From: a virus
Strand: one strand, 5' to 3'
DNA length: 64,000 nt
IMG/VR virus record: IMGVR_UViG_3300044633_000521
Below the pieces are notes generated by a model. The model saw only the letters and a list, made by a program, of their open reading frames with translations. It was not told where the DNA came from and made no database searches. The translations under genes and the position numbers were made by a program. How positions within the stretch are numbered: the first letter of the stretch is position 1; every line of letters begins with the position of its first letter. This document shows positions 21,047-32,101 of the stretch, piece after piece.

Positions 21047-22615
21047 ATGGCAACAGCAAAAGGTACAGATAATGTTCTAGTAAAGAAACCTCATCAGCAG
21101 GATTCGTTTACACACGAACAACTACAAGAATTTGCAAGGTGCGCAGATCCTATAACAGGACCCGAGTACTTTATGAGTAATTACTTTTATATCCAGCATC
21201 CCACTAAAGGGCGCATGCTATATCAACCGTTTACTTATCAAAAGCGTTTAATTGACGCCTATCACAACTATCGTTATAGTATATCATTGATGCCACGTCA
21301 AACCGGTAAGTCAACAAGTGCCGCGGGTTATTTGTTATGGTACGCAATGTTTGTGTCAGATAGTACTATTCTTATTGCCGCACATAAGTTTACAGGTTCG
21401 CAAGAAATCATGCAGCGTATACGCTACGCTTATGAAAGTGTACCGGACCACATACGTGCTGGAGCGGTAAGTTATAACAAAGGTAGTATAGACTTTGATA
21501 ATGGAAGTCGTATTGTAAGTGCTACAACTACTGAAAACACCGGTCGTGGTATGTCTATATCACTACTGTATTGCGATGAGTTTGCGTTCGTTCGCCCTAC
21601 CATAGGACGAGAATTTTGGACTTCTATTAGTCCCACACTAGCCACTGGTGGTAAATGTATTATTACTTCAACTCCCAACAGCGATGAAGACCAGTTTGCT
21701 ACCCTATGGAAAGGTGCTAATAAAACACTTGATGAGTTTGGTAATACTACAGAACTAGGTGTAAACGGATTTAGAGCATTTCGTAGTTATTGGAGAGAAC
21801 ATCCAGATCGAGATGAAAAATGGGCCAGCGAGCAACGTGCGCAATTAGGCGATGAGCGTTTCCGCCGAGAAATGGACTGTGAGTTTATTATTTGGGACGA
21901 AACACTGATTAATCCTGGCCACTTAGTTGAAATGGCAGGAATAGAGCCAATAGAACGACAAGGGCAAGTGCGTTGGTATAAAAAACCAAATCCTAGCATG
22001 ACTTATATGATAGCGTTGGATCCTAGTCTAGGTACAGGCGGTGATCCTGCAGCTATACAGATATTTGAATTACCTAGTTTCCAGCAAGTCGGTGAGTGGC
22101 AACATAATCGCACTATGGTACAACGTCAAATCGGTATCCTCAGCGAAATTACTAAGTATCTAGCAGAAACAGTACCAGTGAATAGCATTTACTACTCAAT
22201 GGAAAACAATACCTTAGGTGAGGCAGCACTTATTAGTGTAAGTGAACTTGGTGAAGAAAACATTAAAGGTACATTCTTAAGTGAACCTAAGCAGTCTAGT
22301 TCTGGAAGAAGATATCGTAAAGGATTTAACACTACTAACAAGTCAAAACTAAGTGCCTGCGCTAAATTAAAAAATTTAATTGAAAGTAAACGCATGACTA
22401 TTTGTAGTAAAAACTTAATTTCAGAACTTAAAACGTTTGTAGCCAATGGCCCTAGTTATGCTGCTAAACCGGGCGAAACCGACGATCTAGTAATGAGCTT
22501 GCTACTAGTAGTACGTATGGCAATGATGCTTCAATCATTCGACAGTCAGTTAGACAATGCAATGCGCGACACAATGGATGATGTGATTGAGCCAATGCCC
22601 TTTATAATGTTTTAA
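21047..22615 (+). CDS. Terminase large subunit, gp17-like
   Basis: Walker A PRQTGKS, Walker B LLYCDEFAFV, ITSTPN, nuclease DPS.G.G.D and DDLVM. Confidence 0.97.
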   Translation: MATAKGTDNVLVKKPHQQDSFTHEQLQEFARCADPITGPEYFMSNYFYIQHPTKGRMLYQPFTYQKRLIDAYHNYRYSISLMPRQTGKSTSAAGYLLWYAMFVSDSTILIAAHKFTGSQEIMQRIRYAYESVPDHIRAGAVSYNKGSIDFDNGSRIVSATTTENTGRGMSISLLYCDEFAFVRPTIGREFWTSISPTLATGGKCIITSTPNSDEDQFATLWKGANKTLDEFGNTTELGVNGFRAFRSYWREHPDRDEKWASEQRAQLGDERFRREMDCEFIIWDETLINPGHLVEMAGIEPIERQGQVRWYKKPNPSMTYMIALDPSLGTGGDPAAIQIFELPSFQQVGEWQHNRTMVQRQIGILSEITKYLAETVPVNSIYYSMENNTLGEAALISVSELGEENIKGTFLSEPKQSSSGRRYRKGFNTTNKSKLSACAKLKNLIESKRMTICSKNLISELKTFVANGPSYAAKPGETDDLVMSLLLVVRMAMMLQSFDSQLDNAMRDTMDDVIEPMPFIMF

Positions 22616-22628
22616 GATAAATAATACT

Positions 22629-24518
22629 ATGAGAGAAATTAATAAAATAGCCGAATCATTATTTGAAAAGATCCGTGATCGTTTCGAAGATGTCACGCTC
22701 GGTGACGAAAACGCCAAAGCTACACAAGAACCAGAAGAAGCGCGGTTTTTTAACTTTGACTATGTATCTGAAGGACACGACTACGGTAACATCACACTTA
22801 GTCTAATTGATGAAAATAGCCTTAAAGTCTACTTCAGCAAAAACATTAGCTCAGATCTAGACGAAGAACAAAAAAACACATGGTACGGATTCCTACGTGA
22901 ACTACGTGAGTTTGCTAAACGTAACTTATTGAGCTTTGAGCCACGTGATATTACACGTAGTACACTAAAACATCGTGACCTACAACAAGTAAGTAAGTCA
23001 GACAGCACATACGCCAAAGATGAAGTTGTATCTGAAAGTCGCTTACACGGCACTAGTCGTAGCAGTTACGAAAATGACGGTAATGTGCGTATTATAGTAC
23101 GTCATAGCCAGCCTGTAGTAGATGAAGTTAGAGGCGCACGTGCTCGTCACATTAATAGTATTTTTGTTGAAACACACGACGGCGAACGATTCAAATTACC
23201 ACACAATAACTTAAAGTATGCTCGTGCTATGGCACGTCATATTAGTGAAGGCGGCAGTCTAATGGATGACTTTGGTCAACACATTACACGTATTGCTGAA
23301 GAATGTGGTAAACTACGTCCTTTTAAATCAGCAATGGTTCGTAGAACATTTGAAGATGCTGAAACACAATCGATGGTTGAAGCAGCATTTGAATACCACG
23401 GTTTATTAAATAATGCTCTTAAACGTATTGGTGGTCGAAAAGGCTATGCTGCGTGTAAAGAACATTTCCACAATGAAGAACATACATTGATGGACGATTA
23501 CGACGCAGACAGTATGCGTGAACGTTTTGTTAAACGTACTTATAACGATAAAATGGAAGATGCGCTACCTCTAGTGCAAAAGGCTTATAAAATGAAAAAA
23601 GAAAATAAATTTGCAGAACAGTTTGAAAGTTGGGCTAACAATGTAGCTGAAGGTACTTGGGCTAAACCAGAAGGTGAAGACCAAGTTTCGGAACTAATTG
23701 ACCTATTAAGTGAACCACTTATTGTTGGAGTTGATGCGCAAAACGCTACCAACGCACTGTATAATATTATAGGTGATGATAGATTATTTGATCAATTGGG
23801 TGAATTGGCAGAAGCAAATCCCGATGCCGATGCTCGTGATGTAGTTATGGTCTGGGTAGAAGAAAACATGCCAGAAATTTACGGGCAAATTATGTCTACT
23901 ATTGGCGACGAAGATACTCCTGATCAATACAGTGAAGGTGATACTTATGGTGCTAGTGGTATGGATGACCCAGTAGTTGACGAAGATAATAGCAGCAGTG
24001 ATTGTTGTGAAGCTGTTCAATCAGCAATTATTCGTCGTATTATTAACCAACACAAAGACTTATTAGTACAACACGGCCCACAAGCAATTATGGATGCGGC
24101 TAGAGATGTTGCTGAATGGGTAGGTGATGTTGAAGAAATCGGTTCTAGCGATGTTAGTGCTTATGTTCAACAAGTTGTTGATCAGTTAGAAGGCAGTGGC
24201 GAACTAGCAGAAGGCAAAATGAAAGAAGTTGACATGGATCTTACAGAACTGTCAGACGAAGAATTCCAGGCAAAATATGGCAAATCTAAAGAAGAAATGA
24301 AAGCAGCACTGGCAGAAGGTTACGAAGACCACGTTAACAAAGATGAAAAACTAAAACGTATGGGCGCAAAAGACTTAAACTTTTTAGACAAACTTAAAAC
24401 TATTCCTCATGGTATTAAGGCAATAGCTAAAGATGAACCAGAAGACGATGTATCATTATATAACAAACAGTTTGATGAAGATATTGCGCAGATGCGCAGA
24501 ATAGCAGGTTTAAAGTAA
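22629..24518 (+). CDS. Hypothetical protein, probably head-associated
   Basis: Acidic C-half with xxE-G sites; ends MRRIAGLK. Confidence 0.65.
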   Translation: MREINKIAESLFEKIRDRFEDVTLGDENAKATQEPEEARFFNFDYVSEGHDYGNITLSLIDENSLKVYFSKNISSDLDEEQKNTWYGFLRELREFAKRNLLSFEPRDITRSTLKHRDLQQVSKSDSTYAKDEVVSESRLHGTSRSSYENDGNVRIIVRHSQPVVDEVRGARARHINSIFVETHDGERFKLPHNNLKYARAMARHISEGGSLMDDFGQHITRIAEECGKLRPFKSAMVRRTFEDAETQSMVEAAFEYHGLLNNALKRIGGRKGYAACKEHFHNEEHTLMDDYDADSMRERFVKRTYNDKMEDALPLVQKAYKMKKENKFAEQFESWANNVAEGTWAKPEGEDQVSELIDLLSEPLIVGVDAQNATNALYNIIGDDRLFDQLGELAEANPDADARDVVMVWVEENMPEIYGQIMSTIGDEDTPDQYSEGDTYGASGMDDPVVDEDNSSSDCCEAVQSAIIRRIINQHKDLLVQHGPQAIMDAARDVAEWVGDVEEIGSSDVSAYVQQVVDQLEGSGELAEGKMKEVDMDLTELSDEEFQAKYGKSKEEMKAALAEGYEDHVNKDEKLKRMGAKDLNFLDKLKTIPHGIKAIAKDEPEDDVSLYNKQFDEDIAQMRRIAGLK

Positions 24519-24542
24519 AATAACAATTATAATATCAATTAG

Positions 24543-24570
24543 AAAAAGGCACTTTTATAGTGCCTTTTTT
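24543..24570 (+). terminator. Rho-independent terminator
   Basis: AAAAAGGCACT-loop-AGTGCCTTTTTT. Confidence 0.85.
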
Positions 24571-24590
24571 GTTGGCTGATAAGTATTATT

Positions 24591-25943
24591 ATGAATGTAG
24601 TTGTCTGCAACTTCCCACCAATGCCAAGTTGGAACTTACCGGGTGCCCCTGCTGTCTTATTAGGGGCAACTAAGTGGTTAGGTCTATCAGCGGCATTTCT
24701 TGATTTCAATAAAGACCCCAACGGTACTGTGTCATTCTGGGCAGAACAAATATTAGCGTTTGATCCAGAAGTAGTTGCTTTAAGTGTATTTACTTACAAG
24801 AGCAAACCCAAAGCACAGGAATTAGTAACGTTATTAAAACAGTTAAATCCCAAAATAACAATAGTAGCCGGCGGCAGTGGCATTAAAGATAGTATAAACG
24901 GCAAAGTGGCAATGACTGCTGACGTTTGTATAGAAGGTGACGGCGAGGTGCAGTGGCCAAAGTTTCTAACAGAGTTCTTTGGTATTGATAGACAATTAGA
25001 TTTTACTCCAATGACAGCTCCCTATCTACCGTATTACGGTGATTACGATGTTAACTTTTATAAACAAGAAGCTGAGAAAGTTGAACAACCGATCTGGGTT
25101 CCTATATCAGGATCTAGGGGGTGTGTACGTAAATGTACATTCTGTGAAATACACGAGCATTGGAAGTTTTCTCAACGTGCGCCCAAATCTATTGCGGCTG
25201 AAATAGAGCAGATCCTAACAACATTTGATCATGCCCATATCCATTTTACTGACAGTTTAGTTAACGGATCACTGCCGGCATTTTATGAGTTGTTAGATCA
25301 TCTGATTGAAATTAAACAGCGTTTCCCTAAATTTTCGTGGGGCAGCCAGTTTATTATAAGAAACGCTAGTCAGTCTAATGAAGATTACTGGCGCAAAATT
25401 GCAGCCTCTGGCAACATTGTTTTAGAGATAGGGGTAGAAACAGGCAGTGATAATCTTAGGCAGCAAATGAAAAAGAACTTTACTAATGCTGATTTAGATC
25501 ATAGTTTAGAATACATGGATAAGTTGGGCCTTCGTGCCATTTTACTTATGTTTGTTGGTTACCCTACAGAAACACTCGACGACTTTCATCAAACCCTAGC
25601 AATGCTAGAACGTTACAAGCATCTAGTAGGTAAAACAATTATAGAGTTACAGGCAGGCTACAATCTAAGTATCCACCCAGGCACACCGTTGTATACTACT
25701 AGTCGAGCAGATCCTAACATGATATTAACAAAAGAAGTAGGTATATGGTATAATAAGTCAAACCCTACATTAACTGCGGAAGAAAGAGTGCGCAGACGCA
25801 AACAGCTACAAGAAGTAGCAGTATCGTTGGGATATACTATGACATACGATAATACTATTGCTATTAAAGAATTAGAAGGGCAACTCAAGCGTGATGCTAT
25901 TATCATCGACATAGTAGAACGTAAGATTGGTAAAAATAGTTAG
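24591..25943 (+). CDS. Cobalamin-binding (class B-like) radical SAM protein
   Basis: SRGCVRKCTFC, GVETGS, VGYPTET; N-terminal B12-binding-like domain. Confidence 0.85.
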   Translation: MNVVVCNFPPMPSWNLPGAPAVLLGATKWLGLSAAFLDFNKDPNGTVSFWAEQILAFDPEVVALSVFTYKSKPKAQELVTLLKQLNPKITIVAGGSGIKDSINGKVAMTADVCIEGDGEVQWPKFLTEFFGIDRQLDFTPMTAPYLPYYGDYDVNFYKQEAEKVEQPIWVPISGSRGCVRKCTFCEIHEHWKFSQRAPKSIAAEIEQILTTFDHAHIHFTDSLVNGSLPAFYELLDHLIEIKQRFPKFSWGSQFIIRNASQSNEDYWRKIAASGNIVLEIGVETGSDNLRQQMKKNFTNADLDHSLEYMDKLGLRAILLMFVGYPTETLDDFHQTLAMLERYKHLVGKTIIELQAGYNLSIHPGTPLYTTSRADPNMILTKEVGIWYNKSNPTLTAEERVRRRKQLQEVAVSLGYTMTYDNTIAIKELEGQLKRDAIIIDIVERKIGKNS

Positions 25944-26041
25944 AAATATCTCTTGCGAGATAAATATATATAACGTATAGTATATAGATGCTTATACGTT
26001 TTAGGCATATTAAAGACCAACTTAACATAAAGGAAATTATC

Positions 26042-27061
26042 ATGGCAACATCATTAGCAGAAATCAGAGCAAAACTACAAGCCCAAGAAAACCGTAGCAG
26101 CGGCAACGGTCAATCACAAGGCGACAACGCAATCTACGCACACTGGAACATTCCAGAGGGTTCAAACGCTAGAGTGCGCTTTCTTCCAAACGCAAATCCA
26201 AAAAACGACTTCTTCTGGGAAGAACGTTTAATGATCAACTTGTCTTTCGCAGGCATTAAAGGTCAAACAGACAGCAAACCAGTAACAGTACAAGTACCAT
26301 GTGTAGAAATGTATGGTGAATCTTGCCCTGTACTAGCAGAAGTACGTACATGGTTCAAGGATCCAAGTTTAGAAGAGATGGGTCGTAAATATTGGAAAAA
26401 GAAATCATACTTGTTCCAAGGTTTTGTTCGTGAAAATCCACTAACAGATGACCAAGCACCTGCGAATCCAATTCGTCGCTTTATCATCAGCCCACAAATC
26501 TTTAACTTAATCAAGTCAGCGTTACTTGATCCTGAGTTAGAAAACTTACCAACAGACTACCAAGGTGGTTTGGACTTTACAGTTAGCAAAACATCAAAAG
26601 GTGGATATGCTGACTACTCAACTTCAAAATGGTCACGCAAAGAATCTGCGCTAACAGCAGAAGAAGCTGAATCTATCGAGAAGCACGGTTTGTATAATCT
26701 TAGCGAATTCCTTCCTAAGAAACCAAGCGATGTTGAGCTTAAAGTTATCAAAGAGATGTTTGAAGCATCAGTTGATGGTCAACCATACGATACAGAACGT
26801 TGGGGTGCTTACTATCGCCCACGTGGTGTGGCAGCAACAGCAGCTCCGGCAGCAACAGCTACAGCAGCTCCAGTAACGGCAGATCGCGCAGTAGAAAGTG
26901 AACACGTAGAAAGTAACCCTCCGTTCACTCCTGATCCTGTTGTAGTGGAAGATGAAGTGGCAGTTAGTGCTCCAACAGCACCAATAGCTACTCCAGCAGC
27001 TGGCGGCCAACGTGCTGAAGACATCCTAGCGATGATTCGTAACCGTCAAAAAACTAACTAG
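26042..27061 (+). CDS. Single-stranded DNA-binding protein, gp32-like
   Basis: VRFLP, CPV, G.DF...K..KGGYADYSTS motifs; SD before ATG 26042. Confidence 0.88.
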   Translation: MATSLAEIRAKLQAQENRSSGNGQSQGDNAIYAHWNIPEGSNARVRFLPNANPKNDFFWEERLMINLSFAGIKGQTDSKPVTVQVPCVEMYGESCPVLAEVRTWFKDPSLEEMGRKYWKKKSYLFQGFVRENPLTDDQAPANPIRRFIISPQIFNLIKSALLDPELENLPTDYQGGLDFTVSKTSKGGYADYSTSKWSRKESALTAEEAESIEKHGLYNLSEFLPKKPSDVELKVIKEMFEASVDGQPYDTERWGAYYRPRGVAATAAPAATATAAPVTADRAVESEHVESNPPFTPDPVVVEDEVAVSAPTAPIATPAAGGQRAEDILAMIRNRQKTN

Positions 27062-27071
27062 TAGTATATAG

Positions 27072-27716
27072 ATGTTATCTAGGTTAGATGAAATAATCTT
27101 TCCTAACCGCTGTGAAGTATTAGAAATAGTACCGTCACAGCGGTACGTCTACCCCATCTTTAAAAATGGTAGCAGTTCCTTAGCAACGGAAGCTATAATA
27201 CAGGGCTGGCGACCATTGCTAAATCAGCAGATCCGAAAGTTGGGTAGGATCGAAGTATTCCTCAGAGAGCCGTCTGTTCGGTTTATCTCTGGGGTTAATA
27301 CTTTTATTACTGAAACTCTAATCCTAGAACCCAATCTAGATCCTAAAACAATACTATATTTTGCTGAAAACTATCTATTTTTAGATAGACATTTTTTACC
27401 ACAATTCCATTGGCTAATTCAGTTAGCAAGATACGCAGATCCTAACGTAATATTGTATCTTAGAGATATTGCTGAATTATCTGAGCTAACTACAGCTAAA
27501 GAAAACCAGCAAGAAGTCAATGAAGACCTACGATTACACCTGCTAAACAATCAACACATTATCAAATACAATAATTTAGATCGTGTGCTGATAGATAATT
27601 TTATAGGTAAAGAAACTACCTTAATAGAAATTGTAACATATATACAAAATACACAACCTGTGCTATTCAATAAAATAATTAAACATAGTCGAGATATCGT
27701 TAATGTACTGCCCTAG
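27072..27716 (+). CDS. Hypothetical protein, sulfotransferase-like motifs
   Basis: IFKNGSSS, LREP..RFISG, D.HF.PQ. Confidence 0.5.
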   Translation: MLSRLDEIIFPNRCEVLEIVPSQRYVYPIFKNGSSSLATEAIIQGWRPLLNQQIRKLGRIEVFLREPSVRFISGVNTFITETLILEPNLDPKTILYFAENYLFLDRHFLPQFHWLIQLARYADPNVILYLRDIAELSELTTAKENQQEVNEDLRLHLLNNQHIIKYNNLDRVLIDNFIGKETTLIEIVTYIQNTQPVLFNKIIKHSRDIVNVLP

Positions 27717-28587
27717 ACTTGATCATTTTGTACGCTTTAATCCTAACGGTACTGTAGGCCGTTGTGGTCACATGATTGAGTCACCGCAGTTTGAAAATTT
27801 AACTGCTATGGATAGTAGTACGTGGCTTAAGAATATTAAACAAGAGTTTGCTGATGATACGTGGCCCATAGAATGCGTTCGTTGCAAAGAAACAGAAGCA
27901 ATTAATAGTTCTAGTATTAGACTAAATGCTATTAAATTTGATAGAATACAACAGCAACCTGACTATTTGATAGTAGGCGGGGTGCTAGACAATGTATGTA
28001 ACAGTGCTTGCCTAACCTGTGATGAAAATCACAGCACATTAATTGGCGGATTAAAAAGCAAAACGTACACTATAGTGGATAATTCAAATAAGTTTTGGGA
28101 ATTGCCACTAGATAGAATTGTACATTTAGACATCAATGGCGGCGAACCTAGCTATAGTAAAAACTATAAACATATACTAGCTAACTTACCTACTAGCATT
28201 AAGTCAGTTAGACTAAACACAAACTGTAGCACAGTGTTAGAAGAACTATTACCGTTAGCTGATCGCGGAGTTGACATCACAGTAACCGTTAGTTTAGACG
28301 GCATAGGCCCTGTACACGATCTTGTACGTTATCCCATCAAATGGGCCAAGTTCTATGCTAACCTACAGCGTTATATGGAAATGCCTGTAAAGTTGAATAC
28401 ATGGACTACTGTTAGCGTATTAAACATAGACGATTTACCTAACATATTAGCGTTCGTTAAAGAGCATAAGTTAGATCACAGTTATGCTTATTTAAAACAT
28501 CCATCTGAGTTAGATGTTAAAAATAAAGACACCCCGGAATCCTTGGCATACATACAACAACAAAAACAATTACGAGGAATAGAATGA
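27703..28587 (+). CDS. Radical SAM protein with N-terminal SPASM/twitch-like domain
   Basis: CNSACLTC, GGEP, NTN, SLDG. Confidence 0.85.
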   Translation: MYCPRLDHFVRFNPNGTVGRCGHMIESPQFENLTAMDSSTWLKNIKQEFADDTWPIECVRCKETEAINSSSIRLNAIKFDRIQQQPDYLIVGGVLDNVCNSACLTCDENHSTLIGGLKSKTYTIVDNSNKFWELPLDRIVHLDINGGEPSYSKNYKHILANLPTSIKSVRLNTNCSTVLEELLPLADRGVDITVTVSLDGIGPVHDLVRYPIKWAKFYANLQRYMEMPVKLNTWTTVSVLNIDDLPNILAFVKEHKLDHSYAYLKHPSELDVKNKDTPESLAYIQQQKQLRGIE

Positions 28588-29138
28588 AAATAGCTATTAC
28601 AGGACATACCGCAGGAATAGGACAAGCATTGGCTAACGTGTATGCTGCCCGCGGCCACGAGATTGTAGGGCTAAGTCGTCGTAGTGGATACAACATTAAA
28701 ATACCTGCTAAGATCTTAGAGCAAGCAGCAAGCTGTGATATGTTTATCAGTAATGCTCAAGCAGGATTTGCTCAAGTTGAATTATTGTACAAACTAGCAG
28801 CGGCGTGGCAAGGGCAACGTCATAAACGCATCATGGTAATTAGTACTGCGTCAACATTATGCCCGGTTAGTCCCCAACCCGGGCTTGGTATGGATGAATA
28901 TCGCACACAAAAGGTAGCATTAGAAGAAGCTGCCAGGCAGTTAGCTTGGCAAAACATAGGTCCTAGACTTCTATTAGTTAAACCCGGTGGTGTAGCAACA
29001 CAGCCGGGCGATGTTAGTCCGTGGCCGGCCGCTGATGTCAATGAATGGGCAACTAAGTTAGTAGACTGTATTGAGTTAGTTGAACCTAATTTAGAAATTG
29101 TAGAAATAACCCTATTATCCAAGGATCCTACTAGATAA
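28584..29138 (+). CDS. Short-chain dehydrogenase/reductase
   Basis: TGHTAGIG and YRTQK catalytic motif. Confidence 0.85.
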   Translation: MKIAITGHTAGIGQALANVYAARGHEIVGLSRRSGYNIKIPAKILEQAASCDMFISNAQAGFAQVELLYKLAAAWQGQRHKRIMVISTASTLCPVSPQPGLGMDEYRTQKVALEEAARQLAWQNIGPRLLLVKPGGVATQPGDVSPWPAADVNEWATKLVDCIELVEPNLEIVEITLLSKDPTR

Positions 29139-30298
29139 TGGAAGCTAAAGAATACCTAACTAATAAACATTTTTGTCCACTGCCGTGGTCGGGGTTGGTG
29201 TATAATCCGGATGGCACAGTGGCAAATTGTACAAGAAGTAATGGCTTACTAGGTAATATTAAAGACAACACCATTGAAGAAATATTACATAGTTCGAAAA
29301 ACATAGGTATCAAAGAACTAATGTTAGCAGATGAGCCTGGTCCGGACTGCTACGGTTGTTATGACAAAGAACGTGGCAAGAATAGTTTTGAAATCATTAG
29401 CGATCGTATATTCTATCTTAAAGAACTGCGAGAAGTCGATCGAACGCTGTACACCGACCCAATAAATTACAATTTACATAAGATAGATGTACGCTGGAGT
29501 AACTTATGTAACTTTGCTTGTGTATATTGCGGGCCAGAGTTGAGCAGTAAATGGGCTACAGAATTAGATATGCCCGTCGAAAGGCCCTCGGCGGATAAGT
29601 TAGATCAACTTAAAGCCTATATATTTGAGCATGCTAGCGATCTTAAACATGTGTACCTAGCTGGCGGCGAACCGCTATTAATGAAGGAAAACTTTGAATT
29701 ACTTACATTATTACGTAAAGTTAATCCCGGTGTACATCTTAGAGTTAATACTAACCTAAGTAAAGTTGATACTAGAATATTTAATTTAGTCTGTGAGTTC
29801 AAAAATGTACATTGGATAGTAAGTGTAGAAGCAATTGAGGACGAATACGAATATATACGCTACGGCGGCGAATGGCAGACCTTTTTAGATAATCTAAAAA
29901 TTATTAGTAGTTTGGATCACAAAATAACATTTAATATGTTACACTTTGTATTAAACTATCGATCTATTTTTGATTGTGTTGACTTTTTATCAGCACAGGG
30001 GTTTCACAATAATAGTTTTGTCATATCAAATTTAACTGGCCCTTCCCAATTAGATGTTAGAAATCTACCCGATAGTGTATTAAAAGTAGTAGCAACAGCA
30101 ATACAAGATCGTATTAGCCAAAATCCAAAGTTTTTACTTGAAGATGGGCTAAAGAATATGTTACAATACATACATAAACCATTTGTAAAGAATATAGATT
30201 CTAGTTTACAATTTTTATCTCAACTAGATCAAAGAAGAAATATAAGTAGTAGGAATACATTTAAAGAATTATATAGTTTAATAGAGAGAGGCAAATAA
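29138..30298 (+). CDS. Radical SAM protein with SPASM/twitch-like domain
   Basis: FCPLPW, CNFACVYC, GGEPL. Confidence 0.88.
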   Translation: MEAKEYLTNKHFCPLPWSGLVYNPDGTVANCTRSNGLLGNIKDNTIEEILHSSKNIGIKELMLADEPGPDCYGCYDKERGKNSFEIISDRIFYLKELREVDRTLYTDPINYNLHKIDVRWSNLCNFACVYCGPELSSKWATELDMPVERPSADKLDQLKAYIFEHASDLKHVYLAGGEPLLMKENFELLTLLRKVNPGVHLRVNTNLSKVDTRIFNLVCEFKNVHWIVSVEAIEDEYEYIRYGGEWQTFLDNLKIISSLDHKITFNMLHFVLNYRSIFDCVDFLSAQGFHNNSFVISNLTGPSQLDVRNLPDSVLKVVATAIQDRISQNPKFLLEDGLKNMLQYIHKPFVKNIDSSLQFLSQLDQRRNISSRNTFKELYSLIERGK

Positions 30299-30300
30299 TC

Positions 30301-31407
30301 ATGGCAAAACCGTTTGATATTAGTAAGTTTAGAAAGAGTATTACCAAGAGCATTGAAGGTCTGGGCATTGGCTTTAATGATCCGACTGATTGGATCTCAA
30401 CAGGCAACTACACATTAAACTACCTACTCAGCGGAGACTTTAACAAAGGCATCCCAATGGGTAAGGTAACTGTGTTTGCTGGTGAATCAGGCGCGGGTAA
30501 ATCATTTATCTGTTCAGGTAATATTGTGCGCCACGCACAAGAGCAAGGCATTTATGTTATCTTAATTGATACAGAAAACGCACTTGACGAAGCATGGTTA
30601 CACGCACTAGGCGTAGATACTACAGAAGACAAATTGCTAAAACTGAACATGGCTATGATTGATGATGTGGCTAAAGTTATCAGTGACTTTGTTAAAGAAT
30701 ATCGCACACTACCAGAAGAAGACCGCCCTAAAGTGTTGTTTGTTCTAGACTCACTTGGTATGATGCTTACTCCAACAGATGTTAACCAGTTTGAAGCAGG
30801 CGAAATGAAAGGTGACATGGGTCGTAAACCTAAAGCACTTACAGCACTTGTACGTAACTGTGTAAACATGTTTGGTACATTAAACTTGGGCTTAGTAGCA
30901 ACTAACCACACATACGCTTCACAAGATATGTTTGACCCAGATGATAAAATTTCAGGTGGTCAAGGTTTTATCTACGCATCAAGTATTGTAGTTGCTATGC
31001 GTAAACTTAAACTTAAAACAGACGCTGATGGTAATAAGACTACAACTGTTAACGGTATCCGTGCTGCTTGTAAGATTATGAAAACACGTTATGCTAAACC
31101 GTTTGAGTCGGTACAAGTAGAAATTCCATATGAAACTGGTATGAGTCCTTACTCAGGTATGGTAGATATGCTAGAAGCTAAGAACTTGCTTAAGAAAGAA
31201 GGCAACAGCTTAGTCTATACACTATCAGATGGTGTTGTTATTAAAAAGTTCCGTAAAGCATGGGAACGTAATGAAGATGAGTGTCTAGACAAAGTAATGG
31301 CAGAAATTTCAGCTAATGTTAACCCTTTGCTAAGTACTGAAGCTGTTGAAGCCTCAGATGAGGACTTAAGTGAAAACGTAGCACCAGAACAAGGAACAGA
31401 AGAATGA
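30301..31407 (+). CDS. uvsX: UvsX RecA-like recombinase
   Basis: GESGAGKS, IDTENA, LDSLG, TNHTY, SGG.G..YASS. Confidence 0.95.
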   Translation: MAKPFDISKFRKSITKSIEGLGIGFNDPTDWISTGNYTLNYLLSGDFNKGIPMGKVTVFAGESGAGKSFICSGNIVRHAQEQGIYVILIDTENALDEAWLHALGVDTTEDKLLKLNMAMIDDVAKVISDFVKEYRTLPEEDRPKVLFVLDSLGMMLTPTDVNQFEAGEMKGDMGRKPKALTALVRNCVNMFGTLNLGLVATNHTYASQDMFDPDDKISGGQGFIYASSIVVAMRKLKLKTDADGNKTTTVNGIRAACKIMKTRYAKPFESVQVEIPYETGMSPYSGMVDMLEAKNLLKKEGNSLVYTLSDGVVIKKFRKAWERNEDECLDKVMAEISANVNPLLSTEAVEASDEDLSENVAPEQGTEE

Positions 31408-31646
31408 GCTTAGAAGTAGATATCTTAGGCGAAATGTGGTTAACGACAAAAGAGTATATTAATTCTAAAGATCGTCAAGCAGCCGCAGACCATGTGATCA
31501 GTGTAGTAGCTGATCACAGCATCACAGAAGCAGACCTTAAAAAGTTTGGTGGCACAGATGCATACCTTAAACGTGCTGTTGAAGAATATTTAGGTGAAGA
31601 TGACGCAGCTGAATATGATGACGACGATGGAAGTGACGACTATTAA
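31404..31646 (+). CDS. Hypothetical acidic protein
   Basis: Coupled ORF between uvsX and uvsY. Confidence 0.7.
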   Translation: MSLEVDILGEMWLTTKEYINSKDRQAAADHVISVVADHSITEADLKKFGGTDAYLKRAVEEYLGEDDAAEYDDDDGSDDY

Positions 31647-32101
31647 TGTGGTATAACCGAGTAGTTCAGAATATTGCCAATCTCCCCGACTTTATAGATT
31701 ACTACACTAATGAATTAGCTGTAGCTAAAAAAGAAGTTGGAGTGTACGGTAATATTGAAAAGAACTTAGCCGCACTACCAGGCATTACTGAGCAACGCTT
31801 TAATCAACTACAAGAGATTGAAGCTGTGCTTAATCTTCTTAACATTCGCTTAAGAAAAATCCGCAAGGAACACTTTAAAAAATACCTAGAAGCATACGCA
31901 CGTGCGTTAACCTCACGTGATGCTGAAAAGTATGTAGACGGTGAAGATGAAGTCATTGATATGGAAACTATCATCAATGAAGTGGCCTTACTACGTAACA
32001 AATGGCTAGGTATTATGAAAGGCCTAGAAAGTAAGAACTTTATGTTAGGTCACGTAACCCGTTTGCGTACCGCCGGTATGGAAGATGCCTCAATCAATTA
32101 A
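31646..32101 (+). CDS. uvsY: UvsY recombination mediator
   Basis: AEKYVDGEDEV...KGLESKNFML...LRTAG. Confidence 0.85.
   Translation: MWYNRVVQNIANLPDFIDYYTNELAVAKKEVGVYGNIEKNLAALPGITEQRFNQLQEIEAVLNLLNIRLRKIRKEHFKKYLEAYARALTSRDAEKYVDGEDEVIDMETIINEVALLRNKWLGIMKGLESKNFMLGHVTRLRTAGMEDASIN

Noticed and set aside
21047-31407. Introns or inteins in terminase or uvsX
   Set aside because: Both ORFs are uninterrupted and of normal length.
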